Made by a program: the position numbers and the translations under genes. From an uncultured bacterium (GTDB taxonomy: Bacteria; Verrucomicrobiota; Verrucomicrobiia; Limisphaerales; JACDHS01), in the NCBI GenBank assembly GCA_966095605.1, contig CBHTTJ010000001.1:7906-71905 (forward strand): a stretch of DNA of 64,000 nt, given 5' to 3'. Positions within the stretch are counted from its first letter, which is position 1, and each line of letters starts with the position of its first letter. Shown piece by piece: positions 21,591 through 31,133 of the stretch. The notes beneath the pieces are model-generated. The model was not told where the DNA came from. It made no database searches and worked only from the letters and a program-made list of their open reading frames with translations.

Positions 21591-22391
21591 ATGTGGGGCG
21601 TTATTCCAGCAGCCGGGGCAGGAAGCAGGATTCAACCGCTGGCCTTTTCAAAGGAGCTGTTGCCCGTTGGGAGCCGCCTGGAGGGAAATAATGAGCGCCC
21701 ACGCGCTGTCAGCGAATATCTGATCGAAAGGATGATTTTGGGCGGCGCGACCAAGATCTGTTTCGTCATCTCTCCGGGTAAGTCAGATATTTTGGAATAT
21801 TATGGGGCTGGCCTCGGGTCAGCGGATTTCTCGTACGTGGTGCAGCCTAAACCCGCCGGTCTATGTGACGCTCTCTTCCAGTCGATTCCGCTAATTCATG
21901 ACGATGAACCGATTTTATTTGGACTCCCCGACACCATTTGGTTTCCCGAAACCGGTTTTACGGCTCTTCCTGAGAATGATTTTTCGTTCATGCTCTTTTC
22001 CGTCCGGCAACCGGAATTCTTTGATGCCGTCGTCTTTGATCGCCATGAACGAGTGCAAAAAATAGAGGTGAAACAAAAGGATGCGTCTTCGAATTGGATC
22101 TGGGGCGCTTTTAAAATGCGCGGTTCTGTTTTCCGCCAGTTGCATTCTTTGTGGCTGGAACGAGGCAGACGAGACGAATACCTCGGTACTTTAGTAAATG
22201 AATTTCTCGCCCGCGGAGGAAAGGCACGAGCCATTTGCATCGGGAGTTCGTATGTTGACGTGGGAACGGTGCACGGATACCGGGAAGCGATGCGTTTGCT
22301 CAGCGAACAGCCTTCATCGGAAGTTTCATTGATCAGGGATGCCGGCGTAGGAAAGTCACCATTACCCCTCAGTTCATATGAATGCCGTTAA
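21591..22391 (+). CDS. Sugar/alcohol-phosphate nucleotidyltransferase
   Basis: N-terminal 'GVIPAAGAGSRIQPLAFSKELLPVG' (the GxGxR signature of NTP-transferases). Confidence 0.75.
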   Translation: MWGVIPAAGAGSRIQPLAFSKELLPVGSRLEGNNERPRAVSEYLIERMILGGATKICFVISPGKSDILEYYGAGLGSADFSYVVQPKPAGLCDALFQSIPLIHDDEPILFGLPDTIWFPETGFTALPENDFSFMLFSVRQPEFFDAVVFDRHERVQKIEVKQKDASSNWIWGAFKMRGSVFRQLHSLWLERGRRDEYLGTLVNEFLARGGKARAICIGSSYVDVGTVHGYREAMRLLSEQPSSEVSLIRDAGVGKSPLPLSSYECR

Positions 22392-23175
22392 AAAACGCTC
22401 TGATCACGCGCAAGCTTCACCGTTGACCGATAGCGATCTCAGGCAGCAGATTGAGGACCTCGGTCCTTGGTTTCATAACCTGCAGCTTCAGGGGATTCAA
22501 ACTGCACCAACTCACTTTTTGGGAGACTACCCTGCGTTTAAGTTTCAAAAGTTTGCGGCGGCAATCCCGCAGGATCTCCATGGAAAAACCGTGTTGGATA
22601 TCGGTTGTAATGCGGGTTTCTATTCGTTTGAAATGAAACGCCGTGGAGCGATGCGGGTGGTTGCGATCGATTCTGACGAGCGTTACCTGCGACAAGCCCG
22701 TTTCGCTGCCAGGACTTTAAACTATGACGATATCGAGTTTAGGCGACTTTCGGTATACGACGTGGCAACGCTGCATGAGAAATTCGATTTTGTTATTTTC
22801 ATGGGGGTTTTTTATCATTTGCGTCATCCGTTGTTGGCGCTGGACCTGATCTATGAACATGTGACGAGGGATCTTCTCCTCTTCCAATCAATGCAGCGCG
22901 GAGAGGATGAGGTTTTTGTTACCGATTCGGACTATCCAATCTCAGAAGACATCATCTTTGCCCACGAAGGTTTTCCAAAAATGTTTTTTATTGAGAACCG
23001 CTATTCCAACGATCCTACGAATTGGTGGATTCCGAATCGTGCGGCAGTGGAAGCCATGCTGCGCAGTTCGGGATTTCAAATTCTGCATCGCGCCGAGGAA
23101 GAAGTGTACTTGTGCCGCAGGACCCCATTCGAAGATGAAGCTGGCGACCGTGGTGCTGTTTACCCTTCGCATTGA
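22378..23175 (+). CDS. Class I SAM-dependent methyltransferase (CmoB/DUF1698-like)
   Basis: Motif I 'VLDIGCNAGFYS', preceded by 'WFHNLQLQGIQT' as in CmoB-like enzymes. Confidence 0.75.
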   Translation: MNAVKKRSDHAQASPLTDSDLRQQIEDLGPWFHNLQLQGIQTAPTHFLGDYPAFKFQKFAAAIPQDLHGKTVLDIGCNAGFYSFEMKRRGAMRVVAIDSDERYLRQARFAARTLNYDDIEFRRLSVYDVATLHEKFDFVIFMGVFYHLRHPLLALDLIYEHVTRDLLLFQSMQRGEDEVFVTDSDYPISEDIIFAHEGFPKMFFIENRYSNDPTNWWIPNRAAVEAMLRSSGFQILHRAEEEVYLCRRTPFEDEAGDRGAVYPSH

Positions 23176-24086
23176 AAAAGGAATTTATGATCGATTCTGT
23201 CATGTTTTGGAATGAGCCGAATAACAAATCTCATTGGGATTTTACCATTGATCCGGGCTGGAAAATTTTTGCTGAAATGGTCAGGAACGCGGCCGCAGCT
23301 GTGAGATCCGAAAACCCTGGATTACGGCGCGCGCTCGGTGGCATTTCTCCCATCGATCCTGATTTCATCCTGAATATGAAGCGTCAGGGCGTTTTGGATT
23401 TGATGGATGTTGTTGCGGTGCACGGCTTCCCTTTAGATTGGAATCATTGGCAAATTCGCGAGTGGCCATCCAGGTTGAAAGAAATCGAAGCGGTAACCGA
23501 TTTACCGCTCTGGGTTTCAGAGGTGGGCGTCTCAAGTTTCGGCGCTGAAGAAGTCCAGGAATTTGGTCTTGCTCGCACTGCCGAGTTGCTGGTGGATCGA
23601 GTTGAAAGAATCCATTGGTATTCCCTCTACGATTTGCCAAAGGCATGGCCCGCTACCACAAGACACAAGGAGGCGGAAGGATCGGCTTATTATAGGCATT
23701 TTCACATGGGATTGCTGCGCGAAGACGGTTCGCCGAAATGCGCCTTGGCTGATTTTTCGAGATTTACTCCGGACTTGGGTATCTGCCAATGGTTTCATTT
23801 TGAAGATCATCGACTGGACTCGGCCGTGAAATGGCTGAAACAACTTGGAGTACGTGATGTGCGAACGGGGCTGAGCTGGTCGGATTTCTTTCGTCCGAAC
23901 GCATTACAGTGGTTTGATCGGTTGATGCAGCGGTTGGAAGATTTTAATCTTACGATAACTTTTTGTTTCACTCCAGAGCATCTCGGGTTGCAAGCACATC
24001 ATACGAGCCCCCCGAGGCAGATCGATGAATACGCCTCGTTCTGTGTTGAAATGGTTCGACGTTATGCACCAGTGTCCGTTCGCTGA
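23172..24086 (+). CDS. Clan GH-A-like TIM-barrel glycoside hydrolase
   Basis: 'FWNEPNN' (acid/base Glu context) and 'LWVSEVGVS' (nucleophile Glu context). TTG start at 23172; alternative ATG at 23187 behind AAAAAGGAA. Confidence 0.5.
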   Translation: MKKEFMIDSVMFWNEPNNKSHWDFTIDPGWKIFAEMVRNAAAAVRSENPGLRRALGGISPIDPDFILNMKRQGVLDLMDVVAVHGFPLDWNHWQIREWPSRLKEIEAVTDLPLWVSEVGVSSFGAEEVQEFGLARTAELLVDRVERIHWYSLYDLPKAWPATTRHKEAEGSAYYRHFHMGLLREDGSPKCALADFSRFTPDLGICQWFHFEDHRLDSAVKWLKQLGVRDVRTGLSWSDFFRPNALQWFDRLMQRLEDFNLTITFCFTPEHLGLQAHHTSPPRQIDEYASFCVEMVRRYAPVSVR

Positions 24087-24087
24087 T

Positions 24088-25833
24088 TTATTGAACCATA
24101 GTCGCACAAGATAGGACTGCGTCTGTGTGCTTTAAAACCTGCTTTCGATAGAACGCGGTGGCGATGCGCAAACGTTCGCCTTCTTCCGAATCGTTTTCAA
24201 TAGGTGCAATGGTGCAGAAGCCGCAGCGAAATGCTGCGTACGCGATGCAGTAAGAAGGGATAACGCTTGGTTTACCTACTGCACCTAATCGCCGCAGCAG
24301 ATAGCGAGAAGCAGCAATGTCTAAATCCCATTCGACGATGGTTCCTGCAATGTCCCATTCAATTGGCTGTGGACCAACTATTGTATGGTCACATTCGTGC
24401 GCGGTGGCGTTTGGCTTGATAATCTGGCCGTTGTTTAGTTCTACCCACGCAAGGGGTTCCATTCGCCCATCGCCACATCTCCGGTTCTCCCGAACGGTCA
24501 TCTGTAACCGATTTGTTATTTGCGAGGCGAAATGTGGGGCGAGAATGTCGGCGAGGTTCCATTCGATTATCTGCGAGAGCCGCTTTACGGCATCAGTCGT
24601 CTCCATGGTTGAAAGAACGGAGCCTGAAGCGGACATGATGTGTTCGGCCAACTGGTCGAGTATACACTGCCTTTTCCCGTCTGATTTCTGTAATCGCCGA
24701 CCCGTGATCCATGGTGTCCCGACGAAACCGTCGAATTCCGAACTTCCCGTTTGTTTGATCTGTTGCAGAGCGATTTCGGAAGCTGTCACATCGAAATTGC
24801 GCGTAAAACACAGGCCCTGAAACTTCCAAAGGATCGCCGCGTCTCCTTTTCCTATGCACAGCAGTTTTGTTCGTTCGAACAGCCGATTGATTGCAGGCCA
24901 TTCCTGTTTCCGGGTAAATATTTCCTCGCGCCATCGGCCACCGCCAAGGTCTTTTGTGACGACTCCCTTTTCGCCCAAAAGCTTTGCGCTTTGCCGTGCC
25001 AATCGCCCTTCCCATGTCTGCTTTTCCCAGAGGATTTCTTTGAGTTCTGTGGTGAAGGAGGGGATGAGTTTCCAAAAATCCTTAATTTTCTTTGATGCGG
25101 CAGGTCCCGGCTGATTTGCATGCGCTGGCAAAAACGCAATCTTCCTGGTTTGAACGCCACCGCAAATAAGCGCTTCGGCTGTTGCTGCCATGGAAGATCC
25201 CGACATTCCCGGCCCTTCATCCACGACAAGGGCATGGTCTGCGCAAGCTGTCGTTGCCAAACGCACCTCGCGTTCGAAGGGATGACCCGAAGGTCGCACG
25301 GTAATTCGTCTTACTGGATAACCCATCCTACGCAGCATCGCGGTGACGATTGCTGACAGAGTTGTTCCAATGCTTCGCAGACCAACCACTAGGATACTTG
25401 CGGCCCGCGCAACTCGATTCTGTCGCAACCATTTAATAACGGAGAAACAGTATTGTTCGGGAAAAAGTGTGTAAAACGCAAAACCCTCGGGAACTTTAAT
25501 TCGGAGCGGGGCAGGGGAGCAAACGAACGTGGTTAACTCACTCCCGATATCGTTCCATTTGGCAATTTCCATCGGCGTCCCGAAGAGCGCGCCGCAAAAA
25601 GCAGTGGCCGCAATATCCGTAGCTCGCTCCACGTGTGAGTGTATTTGGGGACCGAGATCAGCATCGGCGACACCTTGTTCGAGCTGTCCCACTTGAATCA
25701 ACAAGGTCCGACATTGCTCCAGGGATCCTGGAACGGCGGTGGTGTGGCGAAGGCGCACTTTCTCGATCGCTTCTTCCAGCGTGATTTCGAAATGAGGATC
25801 GCCGTAAACAATCATTGAGCTGTTCAGGAACAT
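24088..25833 (-). CDS. Hypothetical protein with PRTase-like and kinase(APH)-like motifs
   Basis: 581-aa ORF with protein-like composition. 'HALVVDEGPGMSGSSM' resembles a phosphoribosyltransferase PRPP loop. C-terminal 'HECDHTIVGPQPIEWDIAG' resembles the APH/kinase catalytic-loop region. Confidence 0.4.
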   Translation of the reverse strand: MFLNSSMIVYGDPHFEITLEEAIEKVRLRHTTAVPGSLEQCRTLLIQVGQLEQGVADADLGPQIHSHVERATDIAATAFCGALFGTPMEIAKWNDIGSELTTFVCSPAPLRIKVPEGFAFYTLFPEQYCFSVIKWLRQNRVARAASILVVGLRSIGTTLSAIVTAMLRRMGYPVRRITVRPSGHPFEREVRLATTACADHALVVDEGPGMSGSSMAATAEALICGGVQTRKIAFLPAHANQPGPAASKKIKDFWKLIPSFTTELKEILWEKQTWEGRLARQSAKLLGEKGVVTKDLGGGRWREEIFTRKQEWPAINRLFERTKLLCIGKGDAAILWKFQGLCFTRNFDVTASEIALQQIKQTGSSEFDGFVGTPWITGRRLQKSDGKRQCILDQLAEHIMSASGSVLSTMETTDAVKRLSQIIEWNLADILAPHFASQITNRLQMTVRENRRCGDGRMEPLAWVELNNGQIIKPNATAHECDHTIVGPQPIEWDIAGTIVEWDLDIAASRYLLRRLGAVGKPSVIPSYCIAYAAFRCGFCTIAPIENDSEEGERLRIATAFYRKQVLKHTDAVLSCATMVQ

Positions 25834-25970
25834 TCCAATTTACGTTGTGCAAATGCCATGAACAACAGGGCGACTTGGTGGTGAATTCGGGTGATCTTCG
25901 CAGCCTGAAAAACAGAAAAGCCGCAATTGGAAAACACTTTCGTTCTTTTAGGTTCCAATACGGAGGATTC

Positions 25971-27755
25971 ATGCCCGTTCAATCCATTGCTTCAGCGCGG
26001 TTGCGACGCGCTCTACAGTTTGCCTTTCCTTATCGCAAATCTGTCGGAATCATTCTGCTGATAACCCTGTTTATTGCCGCGCTCAGCGCGGCAGAGCCCC
26101 TCTTTCTGAAGTATATTTTCGATCGGCTGGGAATGGATAAACCAGCGCGACCTCTCATTATTGGAATTGGCTGGCTCTTGTTGCTTGGTTTTCTCCGCGA
26201 AGGTGGAACGGGGCTTTCCAATTGGCTGACCTGGCATACCCGTCTGGGCCTGCACCATGCGTTGCTCGAGGCCACAGTAGGGCGTCTACATCGTATGCCC
26301 CTGAGTATGCATCGAACTGAAGGGGTGGGAGCGATCATGACGAAGCTGGATCGCGGCATCCAGGGATTCATTGGTGCCGTGAGTCAAATTCTCTTCAACA
26401 TTTTTCCTGCAGTTCTCTATCTCGCCATTTCGATTGTGGTGATGTTGAAGCTGGATTGGCGCCTCGCCTTGCTTGTCCTTGCGTTTACGCCGTTGCCCGC
26501 TGTTATCGCCGCATTCTCAGCTCCGGAACAGATCGAGCGCGAACGCACTCTGTTGGAGGGGTGGGGAAAAATTTATTCGCGATTTAACGAAGTTCTCTCA
26601 GGAATTGTAACGGTTCGAAGCTTTTCCATGGAAGAGATGGAGAAGCAGCGCTTTCTCAAAAATGTCCATGATGCGAATCAAGTGGTCGTACGCGGGGTTG
26701 CCATCGATACAGTTTTTACGGCTGCCACAAATGTTGTGATAATGCTTGCGCGTGTCGCCGCGACGGCGCTGGGTGGCTTCTTTGTTTTGCGGGGTCAGAT
26801 CACCCTTGGCACATTAATCGCCTTCCTCGGCTACATCGGCGGATTGTTCGGTCCGGTTCAGGGATTGAGTGGAATTTATCAAACGCTGCAAAAAGCCACG
26901 GTTTCTCTTGATGAAATTTTCCGAATCCTTGATATCCAGGAAACCATTGGCGACGCGCCGAACGCAATCGAGTTAAAAACGGTTCGTGGTGAGGTCACTT
27001 TTGAAAATGTTAGATTTACATATGAACAGGCAAACCGCCCTATCCTGGACGGCGTAACAGTCTCTGTGCGTCCTGGGCAAACCATTGCCCTTGTTGGGCC
27101 CAGTGGGTCCGGAAAAACAACGATGCTCGCGTTGTTGATGCGTTTCTATGATCCGGGGGAAGGAACGGTTTATCTCGACGGGCATGATTTGCGCACCCTC
27201 AAACAAAGCTCGTTGCGTCGCAACATCGGCGTGGTCCTCCAGGATCCCTTACTTTTCAACGATACCGTTCGCAATAACATTGCCTATGGAAGACCGAATG
27301 CCGACATGCGTGAGATTGAGCAGGCGGCGCGAATGGCGAATGCACACGACTTCATCATGCGTCTGCCCGATAAGTACGACACCCAGGTGGGGGAGAGAGG
27401 TAGTCGCCTGTCGGTGGGCGAACGTCAACGCATAACCATCGCACGAGCGCTGATCAAGAATCCGCGGATACTGATGTTGGACGAGGCTACCTCTGCTCTC
27501 GATGCGGAATCTGAAGCACTGGTACAGGAAGCATTGGAGCGACTGATGAGCGGACGTACAACTTTTGTCATCGCGCATCGTCTTTCCACGGTGGTGCACG
27601 CTCACAAGATTGTGGTGTTGAAAGAGGGCAAAATTGCGGAAACCGGCACCCATGAGGAGTTAATGCTCCTTGGGGGCTATTATGCGTCGCTGGTGTACAG
27701 ACAAACTCGTGGTTTGATTCGCAATGAAGGTGAAGAGCCGCTTCGTGCGGCGTGA
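25971..27755 (+). CDS. ABC exporter, fused permease/ATPase (MsbA-like)
   Basis: Six-TM N-terminal half. Walker A 'GPSGSGKTT', signature 'LSVGERQR', Walker B 'ILMLDEATSALD'. Start moved to the ATG at 25971 behind GGAGGA. Confidence 0.9.
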   Translation: MPVQSIASARLRRALQFAFPYRKSVGIILLITLFIAALSAAEPLFLKYIFDRLGMDKPARPLIIGIGWLLLLGFLREGGTGLSNWLTWHTRLGLHHALLEATVGRLHRMPLSMHRTEGVGAIMTKLDRGIQGFIGAVSQILFNIFPAVLYLAISIVVMLKLDWRLALLVLAFTPLPAVIAAFSAPEQIERERTLLEGWGKIYSRFNEVLSGIVTVRSFSMEEMEKQRFLKNVHDANQVVVRGVAIDTVFTAATNVVIMLARVAATALGGFFVLRGQITLGTLIAFLGYIGGLFGPVQGLSGIYQTLQKATVSLDEIFRILDIQETIGDAPNAIELKTVRGEVTFENVRFTYEQANRPILDGVTVSVRPGQTIALVGPSGSGKTTMLALLMRFYDPGEGTVYLDGHDLRTLKQSSLRRNIGVVLQDPLLFNDTVRNNIAYGRPNADMREIEQAARMANAHDFIMRLPDKYDTQVGERGSRLSVGERQRITIARALIKNPRILMLDEATSALDAESEALVQEALERLMSGRTTFVIAHRLSTVVHAHKIVVLKEGKIAETGTHEELMLLGGYYASLVYRQTRGLIRNEGEEPLRAA

Positions 27756-27765
27756 ACTGGCTGCG

Positions 27766-28302
27766 ATGAACGAGAAACCCGAAACAGAAGAATCGCCTCC
27801 GGAATCAACCCCGGTGCTGGATCGCAACATTCAGGCATTGATTGCGCGTCGTCGACAAATCGAACATTCCCAAAGCCGCGAGCAACGCGTCGCAGCAGCC
27901 ATCACATCGTTCGCCGGCAGTATGCGATTCGTGTACCTGCACCTTTTCATCTATGGCGCCTGGATCATCGTAAATCTCCCCGTGGCCCCTCGGTGGACGC
28001 GCTTCGATCCATCATTTGTCGTCCTCGCGATGGAGGCATCGGTTGAAGCGATTTTTATCTCCACTTTTATTTTGATTACCCAAAACCGCATGCAGGCACT
28101 GTCCGAAACCCGCAATGACTTGGATCTACAAATCAGCTTGTTGGCCGAACACGAAGTGACCCGGCTGCTTAGACTCGTTCAACAAATCGCCAACAAGGTG
28201 GGTGCAACGGAAGCTTCGTGCTCCGACCTGAATGAGCTGACGCAGGATGTTCATCCTGAAAAAGTGATGGAGAAAATCGAGGAAGCCGAAAGGAAGGTTT
28301 AA
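27766..28302 (+). CDS. DUF1003-family membrane protein
   Basis: 'ITSFAGSMRFVYLHLFIYGAWIIVN' and 'FISTFILITQNR' are two-TM core motifs typical of DUF1003. Start moved to the ATG at 27766. Confidence 0.6.
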   Translation: MNEKPETEESPPESTPVLDRNIQALIARRRQIEHSQSREQRVAAAITSFAGSMRFVYLHLFIYGAWIIVNLPVAPRWTRFDPSFVVLAMEASVEAIFISTFILITQNRMQALSETRNDLDLQISLLAEHEVTRLLRLVQQIANKVGATEASCSDLNELTQDVHPEKVMEKIEEAERKV

Positions 28303-28369
28303 GTTTCAGATATCACCTTTTGCAGATGGCCCCTTGCGTCCAGTATTTATTTTGTTACCGTGTCCCGCG

Positions 28370-28396
28370 CTGCTGAGTCTTGCCGTTCCTCAGCAG
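28370..28396 (+). terminator. Hairpin downstream of the DUF1003 gene (terminator-like, no clear U-tract)
   Basis: Perfect 8-bp stem CTGCTGAG (28370-28377) / CTCAGCAG (28389-28396) with an 11-nt loop. Confidence 0.3.
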
Positions 28397-28412
28397 GTAT
28401 TGTGAGCAGGAT

Positions 28413-28500
28413 GCCGGTGTGGCGAAATGGCAGACGCACAGGACTTAAAATCCTGGGACCTTAAACAGTCGTGTCGGTTCGAGTCCGACCACCGGCACCA
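28413..28500 (+). tRNA. tRNA-Leu (anticodon UAA), class II with long variable arm, CCA encoded
   Basis: Acceptor GCCGGTG/CACCGGC. Anticodon stem CAGGA/TCCTG with loop CTTAAAA. Long variable arm. T-arm GTCGG-TTCGAGT-CCGAC. Terminal ACCA. Confidence 0.9.
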
Positions 28501-28665
28501 TCTCTTGATGCTGTAACATCAAGTAATCAGGAGGGTTTCAAGGGTTTACGAACACGCAAACGAACACAATAGGAATGCTTCTTTCATTCGCTTTTCAATT
28601 CGTTGCCGTGCTTGCGCCAAACTTCTTTAACGCGGTGATAAGCGCTTCACTACACTCAAGTTGTT

Positions 28666-29694
28666 ATGAAGACGCGATATTCTCTCGTCTGCCTTTCGAA
28701 TCGCGGTGGCACGTTTTACTCCTTCGATTCCGAAACGAGAAAACGAGAAAGTCTGAACACTAAAGATCGTGCCGAAGCGCAGCGACTCCTCAACGCCAAG
28801 AACGAATCCACTCACAACGCAACGGTCAATTTGCAGCTTGCCCGGGTCTATCTCCAGCACAGCGATCCAGCCATTACCACCCGGACTTGGCAGCACATCA
28901 TGGATGAAATGGCTAAACTGAAGGATGGCCCGACAGCTGATCGTTTTGTCCGCGCAACGAAGGATCAGGCCTTTGATTCCATCCGGAACGTTCCAGCCTA
29001 TTCCACCAAAGCGGAGGACTTTTTACGTGTCCTGGAGAAAGGCGGCGTTTCCACCAATGTTTTTCTCCGTCGGATTCATAACTTCGCTCTTTCGATGACG
29101 TTCATTCCTTTGCCGGTCCTTGTTCCCAGAAACTGGCCGGCCGTTCGATTCGAAGAAAAACGTGCCATTACACTCGACGAACACAGGGCCATTGTGGCAC
29201 GGGAAAATAATCCGGAGGTGAGAGCTTACTACCAGCTTTGCTGGCACATCGGCGGCGCGCAATCCGACGTTGCTGCTCTCAAAGGCGAAGACGTCGATCG
29301 CAGCCAACGGATCATCACCTTCAGCCGCAAGAAAACGAAAGTGCCGGTGATCATCTCCTATGGTGAAGAGCTCGCGCAGATCCTCGCCACACTTCCATCG
29401 ACGGGCCCGCTCTTCCCAACGCTGATCAACTACCACGAGCGGCACCGGTCCGAGATGTTTGCTAGACGCTGCAAGAGCCTGAAGATCGAGAACGTGTCAC
29501 TTCACTCTTATCGCTATTCCTGGGCAGAGCGAGCCAAGCAAGTCGGCTATCCAGAACGGTTCGCTCAACAGGCGCTCGGGCACAATTCCAAGGCTGTACA
29601 TCGAGCTTACGCGAAGAACGCTTTGGTGCGGCTGCCATCGCTCGAAGAATACGAACAAAAGATCGTGCCACTACCGAAAGTCGTGAATGGTTGA
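28666..29694 (+). CDS. int: Tyrosine recombinase / phage integrase
   Basis: C-terminal catalytic region 'HSYRYSWAERA...ALGHNSKAVHRAYAK' (H-x-x-R ... H ... Y) and upstream 'ITLDEHRAIV'. Adjacent to a tRNA gene. Confidence 0.85.
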   Translation: MKTRYSLVCLSNRGGTFYSFDSETRKRESLNTKDRAEAQRLLNAKNESTHNATVNLQLARVYLQHSDPAITTRTWQHIMDEMAKLKDGPTADRFVRATKDQAFDSIRNVPAYSTKAEDFLRVLEKGGVSTNVFLRRIHNFALSMTFIPLPVLVPRNWPAVRFEEKRAITLDEHRAIVARENNPEVRAYYQLCWHIGGAQSDVAALKGEDVDRSQRIITFSRKKTKVPVIISYGEELAQILATLPSTGPLFPTLINYHERHRSEMFARRCKSLKIENVSLHSYRYSWAERAKQVGYPERFAQQALGHNSKAVHRAYAKNALVRLPSLEEYEQKIVPLPKVVNG

Positions 29695-29718
29695 GCGTCT
29701 TGGCAGGAGCCGCACTCG

Positions 29719-30621
29719 TCAGGGGTGCGGCTTGTTGCCCCGCTCAAGCTTGTAGGAGGCGATCTTTTTCTTCCACGCGGCAAGACGTTTCTCGCGGAAT
29801 ACTTCGAACTGTTTTCCTTCGGCCGACTCGATTTCCCTCAATGGCAAAACATTCGTCCAGTCAATGGAGTGCCGCCATGCTAAATTTCGCCCATCTTCCG
29901 ATTCTGAAAATGCCATTATCACTTCAACCATTTTGAACCAGCCTCGAGCGTTCAATTCTTCCACAAGCACGCGCTTCATTACGAAGCGTAAATAGGCCCT
30001 TACGCAAAATACCATTATTCGAAGGTGAGCCACATCGTTCCGACTTTCCTGGTTAATTCGAAGCGCCATGTAGCCCTTCGATTTCAAAAGGGATATAGGA
30101 TCGATCAGCCGAACGATTTTACCTTTCAGCTCGGTGGTAATGGCTGTTTTCTCGATAAGGTCGTTTGCCACGCCAGGAACGTCATTCACGACCTCGATTA
30201 GCGATTCCTCGTCACCAATCTTCAGTGGAATGACCGCTACCAAAGCTGTCATTTCGCGCTTGCTCGGAAATTTCGGCGTCAGCTTCAACTGGGCCGCGAT
30301 GGTTTCCGCTGCTTTGCGATCTCCACGGAAATCAATATCGGCACTGGTAAACGGGCTCAGCGGTAGAAGGTGCTTTTCCTCAGCAGAATAATGTTCAGCC
30401 CAGAAGTTGACCGCTTGGCCACCGATCAGAAGAAAGGGTTTATTTTCGTGATTACGGACGAGGAAAAGAGCTTCGAAATCCCCAATTGAGAATTTAGGCA
30501 TTTGCAAAGGCTGCCAATGATTCTTCCAAATTAGTGATTTTCCATCGGCGCGCGTTGCGAACCAAGCCGTTTTTTCGCTGTATCCGCGCAGCGGCTCGGC
30601 GGCCGGTTTTCGCAATGCCAA
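29719..30621 (-). CDS. Hypothetical protein with nucleotidyltransferase-fold motif (AbiEii-like?)
   Basis: 'FLLIGGQAVNFWAEHY...PFTSADIDF' resembles the hG[GS]...DxD minimal NTase/AbiEii pattern. ~300 aa. Confidence 0.35.
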   Translation of the reverse strand: MALRKPAAEPLRGYSEKTAWFATRADGKSLIWKNHWQPLQMPKFSIGDFEALFLVRNHENKPFLLIGGQAVNFWAEHYSAEEKHLLPLSPFTSADIDFRGDRKAAETIAAQLKLTPKFPSKREMTALVAVIPLKIGDEESLIEVVNDVPGVANDLIEKTAITTELKGKIVRLIDPISLLKSKGYMALRINQESRNDVAHLRIMVFCVRAYLRFVMKRVLVEELNARGWFKMVEVIMAFSESEDGRNLAWRHSIDWTNVLPLREIESAEGKQFEVFREKRLAAWKKKIASYKLERGNKPHP

Positions 30622-30776
30622 TGTCTCGCATGCGAAGAGTCGCTTTACGACGTTTTAGAATGGCAGCTGCGGAGGACATTGGTGTTATACGCTGTATACA
30701 GTTATCTGTTTTTAGCATGACGGTCAAGGTCAAGCCTTGCTCCTAAATTAACACGGGGCACGCGATTATGCATCTG

Positions 30777-31133
30777 CTACGCAGCTTCGGCGGAAGCAGA
30801 TTCGGAAACCTTTGCTGCGCTCTCGGGTGCGGCAGGATGCACGTCGGCACCCGGTCCCTTCTTTCGCTTCTTCCCGTTCTCATGGACGTGCTTTTCAACT
30901 ATCCGCACGGCTTTGTCCAACCATGCCACGTCCTGGCTGAGACGTTCGATTTCCACAAGGGCAAACCACTTGCGAGAATTCTGGGAAGGTTTGCCTAAGG
31001 GTTTTAGATGCCCAACGCGCATGAGCAACGGAATAAAGTAATCGGGCCAGCCGAAAATTTTCGCTGCACGCTCCGCGTCGACACAGGCGGGCATTGCCGC
31101 CGAATTGTAAATTCCTTGTTGTTCGACTCTCAC
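30777..31133 (-). CDS. Small HTH DNA-binding protein (excisionase/AlpA-like)
   Basis: 'CVDAERAAKIFGWPDYFIPLLMRVGHLKPLGKPSQNSRKWFALVEIERL' fits the excisionase-type HTH followed by a wing. Confidence 0.45.
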   Translation of the reverse strand: MRVEQQGIYNSAAMPACVDAERAAKIFGWPDYFIPLLMRVGHLKPLGKPSQNSRKWFALVEIERLSQDVAWLDKAVRIVEKHVHENGKKRKKGPGADVHPAAPESAAKVSESASAEAA

